Below the pieces are notes generated by a model. The model made no database searches and was not told the origin of the DNA. It saw only the letters and a program-made list of their open reading frames with translations. A DNA stretch of 63,574 nt, counting the filler, from Candidatus Eiseniibacteriota bacterium (lineage in GTDB: Bacteria > Orphanbacterota > Orphanbacteria > Orphanbacterales > Orphanbacteraceae): assembly GCA_043809585.1 (NCBI GenBank). It is 5 parts of 5 records of this genome, joined end to end, with 100 filler letters (N's around TTAATTAATTAA, not from the genome) between each part and the next. Parts side by side here need not be neighbours in the genome. Positions count along the whole stretch, not along the records: positions 34,255 to 61,404 come from JBDROZ010000006.1; 4 more parts are not named here. One strand, given 5' to 3'. Below are positions 37,564-46,986 of the stretch, piece after piece. The translations under genes and the position numbers were made by a program. The number at the start of each line of letters is the position of its first letter. Position 1 is the stretch's first letter.

Positions 37564-38353
37564 GGCCCTCTCGTTCCCCTTCATGCAGCGGGCACTCGTG
37601 GCCGGCGTGCTCGTCGGATTCCTGGCGAGCTACTACGGGGTTTTCGTCGTGCAGCGGGGCCTCAGCTTCCTCGGGAGCGGGCTCGCCCACGCGGCGTTCG
37701 GGGGCGTCGCCCTAGGCCTTCTGCTGAACGCCGAGCCCCTCTGGATCGCCCTCCCCTTCACGGTCGCCGTCGCCCTCGGCATCACTCTTGTCCGGGAGCG
37801 CACGGATCTGGCGGGGGACACCGCGGTGGGCATCTTCTTCGCCGTCTCCGTCGCCCTCGGCGTTCTCTTCCTCTCTCTGAAACAGCAGTACACGGAAGGG
37901 GCCTTCGCCCTCCTCTTCGGATCGATTCTCGCCGTGGAGACCCGGGACATCGTCCTCTCCGCGGGGGCGGCGGCGCTCCCCTTCCTGACGGCCCCCTTTT
38001 GGGGACGCTGGGCGTACGCCACCTTCGACCGGGAGCTGGCGCGGGCGGACCGCGTGGATGTGCGGCGCGACGACTACCTGCTTTCGGTGCTCGTGGCGGT
38101 TTCGGTGGTGGTGGCGGTGAAAGTCGTGGGCGTCATGCTGATCGCGGCGTTTCTCGTGATCCCCGCCGCGACGGCCCGCCTCGCGGCGCGGACCTTCTTC
38201 GGCATGACCCTGATCTCGGTCGGCGTGGGCGTGGCGAGCACCGTCATCGGCCTTCTCGCCTCCTTTCACTTAGACGTGCCGAGCGGGTCGATGATCATTC
38301 TGGTCCAGGCGGGCGCATTCCTCCTCGCCCTGTTCCTCCGGCGCGGGCGTTAG
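37556..38353 (+). CDS. znuB: Zn/Mn ABC transporter permease
   Basis: FMQRAL, GLAHAAFGG, LFGSIL, IPAATAR. Confidence 0.88.
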   Translation: MFEALSFPFMQRALVAGVLVGFLASYYGVFVVQRGLSFLGSGLAHAAFGGVALGLLLNAEPLWIALPFTVAVALGITLVRERTDLAGDTAVGIFFAVSVALGVLFLSLKQQYTEGAFALLFGSILAVETRDIVLSAGAAALPFLTAPFWGRWAYATFDRELARADRVDVRRDDYLLSVLVAVSVVVAVKVVGVMLIAAFLVIPAATARLAARTFFGMTLISVGVGVASTVIGLLASFHLDVPSGSMIILVQAGAFLLALFLRRGR

Positions 38354-38493
38354 CCTCCCGCCGGGCGGCTGATGAGAGATCTTCATTATTTGACGGATGC
38401 TGTGCCTTGTCAATGCGCGGGCTTCTCCGGGTCCGGGATTGCTCTATACTGACCGAAAGAGAAGGACACTCCGCGGTGTCGGGAGGACCCACG

Positions 38494-39060
38494 ATGGACC
38501 GATCCGAGGCGATGGCGATCGTCGAAGAGCACACGAGGAATAAGAACCTGATCAAGCACATGCTCGCCGTGGAGGCGGGCATGAGGGCCTACGCGCGCCT
38601 CTACGGCGAGGACGAGGAGGCGTGGGGCGTGCTCGGCCTTCTGCACGATTTCGACTACGAGAAGTACCCGAACCCGGACCGGCTCCCCGACCGGGAGCAC
38701 CCGTCGTGGGGCGTGGCGCTCCTCCGGGAGCGGGGCTATCCGGAGGAGGCCCTTCACGCCGTTCTCGCCCACGCCGAGTACACCGGCGTTCCCCGGGAGA
38801 CGCTCATGGCGAAGGCCCTCTACGCCGTGGACGAACTGACCGGGCTCCTCGTGGCCGTCGCCCTCGTCCGCCCCTCGAAAAAACTCGCCGACGTGGACCT
38901 CCCGGCGGTCAGGAAGAAATGGAAGGAGAAGTCCTTCGCCGCCGGCGTGGAGAGGGAAGCGATCGTGCGGGGGGCCGAGGAGCTCGGAGTCCCCCTGGAC
39001 GAGCACATCGGCGTCGTGCTCGGCGCGATGCAGGAGGTCGCCGGCGATCTGGGTCTTTGA
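38494..39060 (+). CDS. HD-domain phosphohydrolase
   Basis: KHMLAVE, GLLHDFDYE, AVDELTG, RPSK. Confidence 0.88.
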   Translation: MDRSEAMAIVEEHTRNKNLIKHMLAVEAGMRAYARLYGEDEEAWGVLGLLHDFDYEKYPNPDRLPDREHPSWGVALLRERGYPEEALHAVLAHAEYTGVPRETLMAKALYAVDELTGLLVAVALVRPSKKLADVDLPAVRKKWKEKSFAAGVEREAIVRGAEELGVPLDEHIGVVLGAMQEVAGDLGL

Positions 39061-39219
39061 TCGGGACGCGCGGAGTATCTCCCTCCGTCGCCTTGCCCGG
39101 CCGCCGGTTTCTGCCTATTCTTCAAGCAAGCCGAAGCCGGACATCCCCTGGTTCGCGCTCGACCCGAATACCCCATCCATCGGCCGGGCGAGGCCGTCCC
39201 GCCCGCGGAGAATCGACCC

Positions 39220-40683
39220 ATGCATACAGAGATCCGCACTTTCGGTGCCTTGAAGGAGTCGGGCTACCGGACGAGGGGCGTCCGGGACGAGGTCCGCGAG
39301 AATCTGATCCGGGCGATGAGGGAGGGGCGGACGCTCTTCCCCGACATCGTGGGGTACGACAAGACCGTCCTGCCCCAGCTCGTGAACGCCCTCCTCTCCC
39401 GTCACGACATACTCCTCCTCGGTCTCCGGGGCCAGGCGAAGACCCGCATCGCCCGCTCCCTCGTCCTCTTCCTGGACGAGTGGATCCCGGCGGTCGGGGG
39501 CTCGTCCCTGAACGAGGACCCGTTCCATCCGGTCACCGGGCCGACGAAGAAGATGATCGACGAGATCGGCGACGAGACGCCGATCCACTGGATCCACCGG
39601 GACCAGCGGTACCAGGAGAAGCTCGCGACCCCCGACGTCAGCATGGCGGACCTGATCGGCGACATCGACCCGATCCGCGCCTCCCGGGACCGGCTCGATC
39701 TCTCCGACGAACGGGTGATCCACTTCGGAATCATCCCGCGGACCAACCGGGGCCTCTTCTGCCTGAACGAGCTCCCCGATCTCCAGCCCCGCATCCAGGT
39801 GGGTATGCTGAACATCCTCGAGGAGAGGGACCTCCAGATCCGGGGCTTCCCGCTTCGTCTCAAGCTCGACATCCTGATGCTCTTCACGGCGAATCCCGAG
39901 GATTACACGAACCGGGGAAACATCATCACGCCCCTGAAGGACCGGATCCCGAGCCAGGTGATCACCCACTATCCGGAGAGCGTGGAGGAGGGGATCCGGA
40001 TCACACGGCAGGAAGCCCGGGTGGAGCGGAGCCTGGAGATCCGGATTCCGCCGGTCTTTCGCGAGATCATCGAGGAGATCGCGATCCAGGCGCGGGAGAG
40101 CGAGCATGTGGACCAGACGTCGGGCGTGAGCGCCCGGCTCCCGATCAGCGCGATCGAGACTCTGGTCAGCAACGTGGAGCGGCGCGCGATTCAGACGGGC
40201 GACACGAGCACCGTCCCCCGGCTCTCCGATCTCTTCTCCCTGCTGCCGGCAATCACCGGGAAGCTCGAGCTCGTGTACGAAGGAGAGCAGGAGGGGGCGA
40301 CCATCGTGGCGACCCGCCTCATCGGCCGGGCGGTGAAGAGCGTCTTCCGGAAGTACTTCCCGCCGGTTCACGAGGAGCGGCGCGGAACGCCCGGCATGAA
40401 AGAGCCCCTCTACGAGAGGATTCAGGCCTGGTTCAACGCCGGGAACACGATCGAGATCACCGACCACCGGCCTTCCGGGGAGGAGCGGGCGGCACTGGAA
40501 GCCGTTCCGGGCCTCGAGGAACTGGCCGACAAGTATCTCCCGGCGATGAGCGACGACGAGCGGCCGGCGGCGATGGAGCTGGTTCTCGAGGGCCTCCACC
40601 AGCACTCGGTCCTCTCCCGCGAGGGGATGTACGGCTCGGCCCGTTACGGCGACATGCTCTCGAGGATGATGCAAGACCTGTAG
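39220..40683 (+). CDS. AAA+ ATPase (Mg-chelatase/MoxR-like)
   Basis: LLGLRGQAKTR, EKLATPD, NELPDL, TANPEDYTNRG. Confidence 0.85.
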   Translation: MHTEIRTFGALKESGYRTRGVRDEVRENLIRAMREGRTLFPDIVGYDKTVLPQLVNALLSRHDILLLGLRGQAKTRIARSLVLFLDEWIPAVGGSSLNEDPFHPVTGPTKKMIDEIGDETPIHWIHRDQRYQEKLATPDVSMADLIGDIDPIRASRDRLDLSDERVIHFGIIPRTNRGLFCLNELPDLQPRIQVGMLNILEERDLQIRGFPLRLKLDILMLFTANPEDYTNRGNIITPLKDRIPSQVITHYPESVEEGIRITRQEARVERSLEIRIPPVFREIIEEIAIQARESEHVDQTSGVSARLPISAIETLVSNVERRAIQTGDTSTVPRLSDLFSLLPAITGKLELVYEGEQEGATIVATRLIGRAVKSVFRKYFPPVHEERRGTPGMKEPLYERIQAWFNAGNTIEITDHRPSGEERAALEAVPGLEELADKYLPAMSDDERPAAMELVLEGLHQHSVLSREGMYGSARYGDMLSRMMQDL

Positions 40684-40856
40684 GCGGGATCTTCACTCGA
40701 TCCTGCTGCGGCTCATGATCGCGGGCTACGAGGCCTCCTTTCCGTCGCCGCTTGCTCGCCGTAGCTTAGGCTACGACTCCGCGAGCGGCTCGTCCAAGTC
40801 GGCCTCTCACCGCGCGCTCATGACCCTCGCGATGGATCGAGTTCAGATCCCGCCTA
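40681..40856 (+). repeat. Family A copy A4 (divergent stems)
   Basis: Terminal IR TAGGCGGGATCT/AGATCCCGCCTA; core gaggcctcctttccgtcgccgc..gcggctcgtccaagtcggcctc; starts on a TAG stop. Confidence 0.85.
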
Positions 40857-40966
40857 CAAAGGGCGCTTGATTGGATTCGCGACGGACCGACCTCGGACCG
40901 CGGCTACGAGGGAATCTTGGGTCCGGAGCGATTCGAACGGAATCGGAATGGGAGTTCTTGAAGGCC

Positions 40967-42079
40967 ATGCTCGGTTTTCGTTACAGCGAATGGGATCCGG
41001 AACTGGTCGGGAAGCTGGCGGCGCTCAAGGACCTGCTCGACCTGTTCCATTTCCTTCTCTTGAAGACGAACGGGGACCCGGAACAGGCGCTCGATCTGAT
41101 GAAGTACCTCCAGGGGAAGGGGTACGTGGACGCGGAGGTGGACCTGGATGAGTTCCTGGAGGAGCTCGAGCACCGGGAGATCGTCTCCGCCGACGGGCGG
41201 GGACGGCGGGCGCTCACCGGCAAGGGAGTGCGGGGCCTCCGCCGGTCCTCTTTGGAGAGCGTCTTCCGTTCGTTGAAGGCGGGGAGCGAAACGGGGGGAC
41301 ACCGGACGCCTTACGGGGGGGGAAGCCAGAATGACGCGCTCCCGGAGCGCCGGGAGTACCGGTTCGGCGACGACCTCGAATCGATCGATTTCTCCGAGAG
41401 CCTCTGGAACGCGGTGCGGCGGGACGGCACCACGGACACCGCCATGGATGAAGCGGACCTGGTCATCTACGATCGGGAATTCGGCGCGTCCTCCGCCACC
41501 GTGCTTCTCCTCGACATCTCCCACAGCATGGTGCTCTACGGCGAGGACCGATTCACGCCGGCGAAGCAGGTCGCCTTGGCGCTCACGGAGCTGATCCTCA
41601 CCCGCTACCGGAGGGACACTCTCGACGTGGTTCTTTTCGGCGACGAGGCGGCGCCCGCGGAAATCGCCGATCTTCCTTTCGCGTCGGTCGGGCCCTTTCA
41701 CACCAACACGAAATCGGGGCTCGCCCTCGCCCGGCGCATCTTGGACCGGCGAAAGAACCCGAACAAGCAGATCTTCATGGTCACCGACGGCAAGCCGACG
41801 GTCATCGACCTCCCGGGGGGCCAAACCTACAGGAACACGTGGGGGACCGACGAGCGCATCCTGAACCGCACCCTGGACGAGGCGGTCGCCTGCCGGCGAC
41901 GGGGGATCGTCATCACCACCTTCATGGTCGCCCGGGACCGTTTCCTCCAGAGATTCGTCGAGCGGTTGACCGAGCTGAACCGGGGCCGGGCTTACTTCAG
42001 CACCCCCGACGATCTCGGTTCCTTCGTGCTCGTCGACTTCATCCGGAACCGGCGCTCCCGGCGGGGCCCCGGGACCTGA
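40967..42079 (+). CDS. VWA-domain protein, partner of the AAA ATPase
   Basis: MIDAS DISHS, TNT, VTDG; FRYSEWD N-terminus. Confidence 0.88.
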   Translation: MLGFRYSEWDPELVGKLAALKDLLDLFHFLLLKTNGDPEQALDLMKYLQGKGYVDAEVDLDEFLEELEHREIVSADGRGRRALTGKGVRGLRRSSLESVFRSLKAGSETGGHRTPYGGGSQNDALPERREYRFGDDLESIDFSESLWNAVRRDGTTDTAMDEADLVIYDREFGASSATVLLLDISHSMVLYGEDRFTPAKQVALALTELILTRYRRDTLDVVLFGDEAAPAEIADLPFASVGPFHTNTKSGLALARRILDRRKNPNKQIFMVTDGKPTVIDLPGGQTYRNTWGTDERILNRTLDEAVACRRRGIVITTFMVARDRFLQRFVERLTELNRGRAYFSTPDDLGSFVLVDFIRNRRSRRGPGT

Positions 42080-42128
42080 TTCACCAACTCACTGTAAATT
42101 ATAGCGTTAAGGATAATCACTTCTTTCC

Positions 42129-42174
42129 TTGCGCCCCGGCGGCGGCGGGTGTATATTTGCATTGTCATGCAAAT
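42129..42174 (+). promoter_or_regulatory. arsR promoter with palindromic operator
   Basis: TTGCGC-17 nt-TATATT; perfect ATTTGCAT-TGTC-ATGCAAAT at 42155-42174 overlapping the start codon. Confidence 0.7.
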
Positions 42175-42547
42175 GAAAGAAGACCGAAAAGCCGAGAACT
42201 GTCACTCCTGCCGGGCCGTGGGAGACGTTCTGGTTCCCGGGCTCTTCCGGGCTCTCGGGGACCCGACGCGGGTGGCGATCCTCGCCCACCTCGCCGAGCT
42301 GTGCGGGCCCGCCTCGGTCGGGAGCATCGCCTGCTGCACGCCCGTGGACGTGTCGGTGGTATCGCGCCACCTCGCGACGCTCCGGGAGGCGGGGATCGTC
42401 GATGCCCGGCGGAAGGGGAGAGAGGTCCTCTACTCGGTCCGGTACCCCGAACTGGTGAAGACGCTGAGGGCGGTCGCGGACGCTCTCGAGGCGTGCTGCC
42501 CGGCAGGGCCTCCGCGGGAAGACGACGAAATCGCCCCTGAGGGATGA
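42167..42547 (+). CDS. arsR: ArsR/SmtB-family repressor
   Basis: FRALGDPTR, VSRHLATLREAG; Cys pairs IACC and EACC. Confidence 0.88.
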   Translation: MQMKEDRKAENCHSCRAVGDVLVPGLFRALGDPTRVAILAHLAELCGPASVGSIACCTPVDVSVVSRHLATLREAGIVDARRKGREVLYSVRYPELVKTLRAVADALEACCPAGPPREDDEIAPEG

Positions 42548-42558
42548 GGAGATCGCCC

Positions 42559-43425
42559 ATGAGCGGGAACGACGAGATTCGCAAGAGCGTATCGGAGACT
42601 TACGGCAAGGCGGTGAACGCGCCGTCCAAGAGAGGTTGCGGATGCGGATGCGGGGAGGGGGCGCAGAAGGGGGTCGCGGCCAAGCTCGCCGGCTACTCGG
42701 CCGACGAACTCCGGGGCCTTCCGCCCGACGCTGTGGTCAACTCCTTCGGCTGCGGCAACCCCCTCGCCTTCATGGAAGTGGAGGAGGGGGAGGTCGTGCT
42801 CGACCTCGGAGCCGGCGCGGGAATCGACATCCTTCTCGCGGCGAAAAAGGTCGGCCCTTCGGGACGGGCCATCGGCATCGACATGACCGGCGAGATGATC
42901 GAGAGGGCACGCCGGAACATCGCCGCCTCGGGGCTCCGGAACGCGGAGGTGCGGAAGGGCTTGATCGAGGAGATGCCCGTGGAGGACTCCTCCGTGGATT
43001 GGGTGATCTCGAACTGCGTCATCAATCTCTCGCCGGAGAAGGAGAGGGTCTTCGCCGAGATCGCCCGGGTGCTCCGGCCGGGAGGGAGGATGCTCGTCTC
43101 GGACATGGTGGTCGAGGATATGCCCGCATGGCTCCGGGGCGTGCAGGATCTGTACGGGTCGTGCATCTCCGGCGCCATCAGCGAGGGGGAATATGTCCGG
43201 GGGCTCGAATCGGCCGGGCTCGTGGACGTGGAGGTGCGGGAGCGGCAGGTGTACGACACCTCGGCGCTCGAGGCCTTCATCGTGTCCGAGGTGGTGCCCG
43301 GCGCGGAGGAGGCGCGAAAGGCCCTCGCCCCCGTCGCTTCGGAGAGGATCGTCCGGCGGGCGGCGGCCGACCTCCAGGGGAAGCTGGCCAGCATCCAGGT
43401 CTTCGCGAGGAAACCGGGGGAGTAG
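42559..43425 (+). CDS. arsM: Arsenite S-adenosylmethionine methyltransferase
   Basis: SFGCGNP, LDLGAGAGID, ISNCVINLSP, SCISGA; downstream of arsR. Confidence 0.9.
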   Translation: MSGNDEIRKSVSETYGKAVNAPSKRGCGCGCGEGAQKGVAAKLAGYSADELRGLPPDAVVNSFGCGNPLAFMEVEEGEVVLDLGAGAGIDILLAAKKVGPSGRAIGIDMTGEMIERARRNIAASGLRNAEVRKGLIEEMPVEDSSVDWVISNCVINLSPEKERVFAEIARVLRPGGRMLVSDMVVEDMPAWLRGVQDLYGSCISGAISEGEYVRGLESAGLVDVEVRERQVYDTSALEAFIVSEVVPGAEEARKALAPVASERIVRRAAADLQGKLASIQVFARKPGE

Positions 43426-43474
43426 AACTCGTTTCAAGACCCCTTCCTGCTGCGGCCGGCTGCAGGGAGGGCCC
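43423..43474. repeat. Family C half copy C2
   Basis: 52 nt matching the reverse complement of the right arm of C1 with 3 mismatches; starts on the arsM TAG. Confidence 0.85.
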
Positions 43475-43513
43475 GCCCGGAAGCCGGGCGGACCCCTTTC
43501 CCCGATCGGCGGA

Positions 43514-43696
43514 TCAATCGTCGCCGGTTTGGTCCCCTTCGCCGGCCTTCCGACCTTTCCGCCTTTCTTCCGCCGCGCGGCGGAGGAGAAATTCGATCTG
43601 CCCGTTCACGCTCCGGAGCTCCTGAGAGGCCCACCGGTTCAGCTCGTCCCAAAGCTCGGGACTGATGCGGAGCAGGAATGCCTTCCGACGGGCCAT
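43514..43696 (-). CDS. Arc-like ribbon-helix-helix protein
   Basis: [22 protein letters not shown]; downstream of the SPFH gene. Confidence 0.85.
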   Translation of the reverse strand: MARRKAFLLRISPELWDELNRWASQELRSVNGQIEFLLRRAAEERRKGRKAGEGDQTGDD

Positions 43697-43702
43697 GGCT
43701 CT

Positions 43703-44584
43703 CTACTGGTACAGGGTGCCTGCGTTGATCACCGGCGAGGCGGACGTCTCGCTGCAGAGGACGACGAGCAGGTTGCTCACCATCGCCGCCTTCCGCTCTT
43801 CGTCCAACTCGATCACGTGTTTCTGCGCGAGCTGCTCGAGGGCCATCTCGACCATGCTCACCGCGCCGTAGACGATCTGGGTGCGGGCGGCGACCACCGC
43901 CGAAGCCTGCTGGCGCCGGAGCATCGCCTCGGCGATTTCGGGCGCGTAGGCGAGATGGGAAATCCGGGCCTCGACCACCTTGATGCCCGCCCGGTGGAAC
44001 CTCTCCGTCAGCTCCTGCTCGAGGACCTCGTTCACCTGCTCCTTGCCGGCCCGGAGGGTCAAGGTCTCCTCTTCGTCGTCATTGAACGTGTCGTACGGGT
44101 ACGTGCCGGCCAGGTGCCGCACCGCCGCCTCGCTCTGGACGATCACGTAGTGCTCGTAGTCGTCCACGTCGAAGGAGGCGCGGAAAGTCTCTTCCACCTG
44201 CCACACCACGACGGCGGCGATCTCGATCGGGTTGCCCGCCTTGTCGTTCACCTTGATCTTGTCGCCGTTCAGATTCCGGGCGCGGAGGGTGATCTTCTTC
44301 TTCGTGTAGAAGGGGTTCGCCCAGAAGAAACCATTCTTCTTGACCGTCCCCTTGTAGGTGCCGAAGAGAACGAGCACGCGGGAGTCGTTCGGATTCACGA
44401 TGAAGAACCCGGCGCTGGTCAGCATGGAAACGAGGAAGAGGAAGACGGCGAAGATGATCATCGGCGGGTCCTGCATGCGAATCCCTCCGACGAGAACGAC
44501 GATCGTGACTCCGTAGAGGATCAGGTCGAGGAAGAGCATCAGATAACCCGATCGGGCGTCGCGGTTCTTTTCATTCGACATCAT
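43703..44584 (-). CDS. SPFH/band-7 membrane protein
   Basis: Two N-terminal TMs; LFGTYKGT, KVND..GNPIEI, AYAPEIAEAMLRRQQA, SNLLVVLC. Confidence 0.92.
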   Translation of the reverse strand: MMSNEKNRDARSGYLMLFLDLILYGVTIVVLVGGIRMQDPPMIIFAVFLFLVSMLTSAGFFIVNPNDSRVLVLFGTYKGTVKKNGFFWANPFYTKKKITLRARNLNGDKIKVNDKAGNPIEIAAVVVWQVEETFRASFDVDDYEHYVIVQSEAAVRHLAGTYPYDTFNDDEEETLTLRAGKEQVNEVLEQELTERFHRAGIKVVEARISHLAYAPEIAEAMLRRQQASAVVAARTQIVYGAVSMVEMALEQLAQKHVIELDEERKAAMVSNLLVVLCSETSASPVINAGTLYQ

Positions 44585-44607
44585 CCGGCCTCCTTCTTGG
44601 CTAAGGC

Positions 44608-44637
44608 TGACATCAGAATGATATCATATTGATAGCC
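44608..44637. promoter_or_regulatory. Three phased TGAyATCA-like boxes upstream of the SPFH-RHH operon
   Basis: TGACATCA (44608), TGATATCA (44619), TGATAGCC (44630); 11-bp period. Confidence 0.55.
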
Positions 44638-44700
44638 ATCCAACAAGGGGGCGCGGCAGAAAAAAAGGGACTCTCGGTGAAAACGTTGCTGGAATATGAG

Positions 44701-45345
44701 TTAGGAGCGAATCAGGATGGCCCTTACCGGACTGGCGTCCCCGCCGACGATCCGGAGGGGGAGGGCGATCAACTCGTAAAGGCCCGGCTCGACTCCTCGG
44801 AGGTCGAGGTTTTCGATCCACCGGAGTCCGCCGGCGGCGAGGATCCGGTGGGCGGCGAGGTCGATCGAATCGGGGGGATCCACGCCCGGCGTGTCGAGAC
44901 CGACGAGTTTCGCCCCCCCGTCGACGAGGGCGCGCGCCGTCCTCTCCTCGAGTCCGGCGAAGCCCGGATTCCACTTCTCGGGATCGTCGTTCGTGCCGGT
45001 CTTGAGGAGAATCCGCGGTGGGTCGGAGAGGTCCAGCCCCTCGAGTGAAGCGGGACCGACGGCGGCGCCCGGGAGGACGCTCGCCTCGACGACCCGGGCG
45101 GGCCCGACGAAGGGGTCCAGGCCGACTTCGCCGATGCCCGGCTGACCGTCGATCACGTGAAGGGGCGCGTCCGCATGGGTGCCACTGTGGGGACTGAGGC
45201 GGAGGGCGCTCAGGTTGACCGGTTTCCCGTCCCGGAGCCGCCAGCGCCACTCGAGGAGAAACGGTTCGTCCCCCGGCCACGGCGCCGTACCGGGCGACAG
45301 GGGACGGCTGATGTCGATGATCTTCCGTCCGCGCCCGCCGCCCAT
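44701..45345 (-). CDS. Cyclase-family protein (kynurenine formamidase-like)
   Basis: IIDIS..PWPGD, HSGTHADAPLH, GLDTPGVD, IENL, DASPVRA. Confidence 0.88.
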   Translation of the reverse strand: MGGGRGRKIIDISRPLSPGTAPWPGDEPFLLEWRWRLRDGKPVNLSALRLSPHSGTHADAPLHVIDGQPGIGEVGLDPFVGPARVVEASVLPGAAVGPASLEGLDLSDPPRILLKTGTNDDPEKWNPGFAGLEERTARALVDGGAKLVGLDTPGVDPPDSIDLAAHRILAAGGLRWIENLDLRGVEPGLYELIALPLRIVGGDASPVRAILIRS

Positions 45346-46808
45346 CACGGGCCCCCGGAAGCGAGGGCCCGGTAAACCTCGTACATCGCGAGCGAGTCCT
45401 GCCTGCAGTATTCGAGGAGATCCCGGGAGATGCGGTCCCGCTCGCCGTCGCCGAGGTCCTCCGTCGTCAGCAGATGGTAGGCCCAGACCGCTTCCATCCC
45501 GTCGGAAACGCCCATCCCTCCGTAACCCAGGCCCTGCGCGAGCACGGGGAGGACGTTCTTGATCGAGAAGGAACCGTCGAAGTCGGGATGGTAGACGTGG
45601 TCGCGAACCACCGGCAACAGGTCGACGAGACGGCCCTCGAGAGCTTCCAGGGGGGAAGCGAGTTCGGGGAAGACGACCGCCATGTTCCGCAAGACCTCTT
45701 GCTCGAAGGATGAATAAACGAGGATGCTCCCCTCCGGGCGGATCGTCTCGAGAAGGGCCTCGGTCATCGGCCGCCGGGGATCGCCGGGCCGGTTCGAGAG
45801 GAACTCGTGATGATCGAGAGGCGCCTCCGGTTCGTCCTGAACGTGACACGACCATTGAAAGGGAATGAGGTCGTACGGATGTTGTCCCGGAAACTCGGGC
45901 ACCGGGGGGCGGGCCGCTTCGAAGTCGAGAAAGTGGAGGGGGAAGACGAGCTCCCGGGCGACGTAGGCGGCCGGATCGCCGACCACGACGGGCGAGCCCG
46001 TGAGCGCGGCCTCCACCTGGCGGCGCTGGATCTCGGTGAGGGGGACGTCCTCCGGGATCCGGGCGATGTCCGTGACCCCCCGCGCGAGGAGGTCCTCCAC
46101 GACGCGCCATCCCCCGTGCCCCTGGTAGAGATCGAGAACGCTTCGCCGCGGGAGACGGGGCCAGCACTCGGCCCTCCGCGCGCAATCCCGGCACCGTCTT
46201 CCGAGGACCCCCTCGGGCGTTTCCCCCCCGCCGGCGAAAGCGGCGAGCCCGTCGATCACTTCCCGCACGAGGGGGAGGCGGAGGCGCGCTTCCCCGTCGC
46301 AATCGAGGCGCCGAAAGAGGGTGGGCGAGAGGCGGGTCGCTTCCCGGTCGACCAGCATGAGGCCGGCCCGGACGCTCATTCCGAGCCCCTCGAGCACGTG
46401 GATCTGGACCGCGATGTCGACGAGATACTCCTCTTTCGGTTCCGCCCCCGCCTTCACCTCCCAGAGGGCCCACGACCGGTCCCCTTCCCGGAGGAGGATG
46501 TCGGTCCGCGCGCGGACCGGACCGAGGGCGAAGGCCGCCTCGAAGAGAACTCGTTCGCCCCGGCCGATGCACTCCTCGGTCAGGCGGAGGGAATCGGTGA
46601 AGCCCGCGCCGTCGACGGCGAAGCCGCCCGGGAACTCCCCTCTTGACTCGGCGCCGACCATGTTCCCGTGGGCGAGCTGGATGCGGGTGCCGGCGTCCGT
46701 CTCCGTTCTTTCCCGGCCGAGAGCGCGATCCCGCAAGGAGAGGCAGGCGAGCCTCGGGCATTCGATCGCCTGGAGGATGTCCCTTTTCGTGAGTGTATGT
46801 GAGTGCAT
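45345..46808 (-). CDS. DUF2779-type predicted nuclease (PD-(D/E)xK plus RNase H-like domains)
   Basis: RTDIL..WEVK, CxxC, FLDFE, PFQWS.H, SFSIKNVLP, LLEYC..D; start uncertain. Confidence 0.8.
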   Translation of the reverse strand: MHSHTLTKRDILQAIECPRLACLSLRDRALGRERTETDAGTRIQLAHGNMVGAESRGEFPGGFAVDGAGFTDSLRLTEECIGRGERVLFEAAFALGPVRARTDILLREGDRSWALWEVKAGAEPKEEYLVDIAVQIHVLEGLGMSVRAGLMLVDREATRLSPTLFRRLDCDGEARLRLPLVREVIDGLAAFAGGGETPEGVLGRRCRDCARRAECWPRLPRRSVLDLYQGHGGWRVVEDLLARGVTDIARIPEDVPLTEIQRRQVEAALTGSPVVVGDPAAYVARELVFPLHFLDFEAARPPVPEFPGQHPYDLIPFQWSCHVQDEPEAPLDHHEFLSNRPGDPRRPMTEALLETIRPEGSILVYSSFEQEVLRNMAVVFPELASPLEALEGRLVDLLPVVRDHVYHPDFDGSFSIKNVLPVLAQGLGYGGMGVSDGMEAVWAYHLLTTEDLGDGERDRISRDLLEYCRQDSLAMYEVYRALASGGP

Positions 46809-46986
46809 CCGCCGCTCGGCCGCCGGGATCGGGTGGAATAGGTACGGGTTCGGCGCCCATTCCATTCTGCGCCATCCGGGCTCTCGACGCAACCGGCGAA
46901 GAGGACCGAGAGGGCGCCGCCGGGGGCGCCCTCTCTCGTTCGATGCGAAGATCCTGTCCCCCCGCGGGGGGACGGGGAGGCCCTCT

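Noticed and set aside
45345-46808. Cas4 or defence-system component
   Set aside because: Motifs fit the stand-alone DUF2779-type nuclease; no array, cas or defence neighbours
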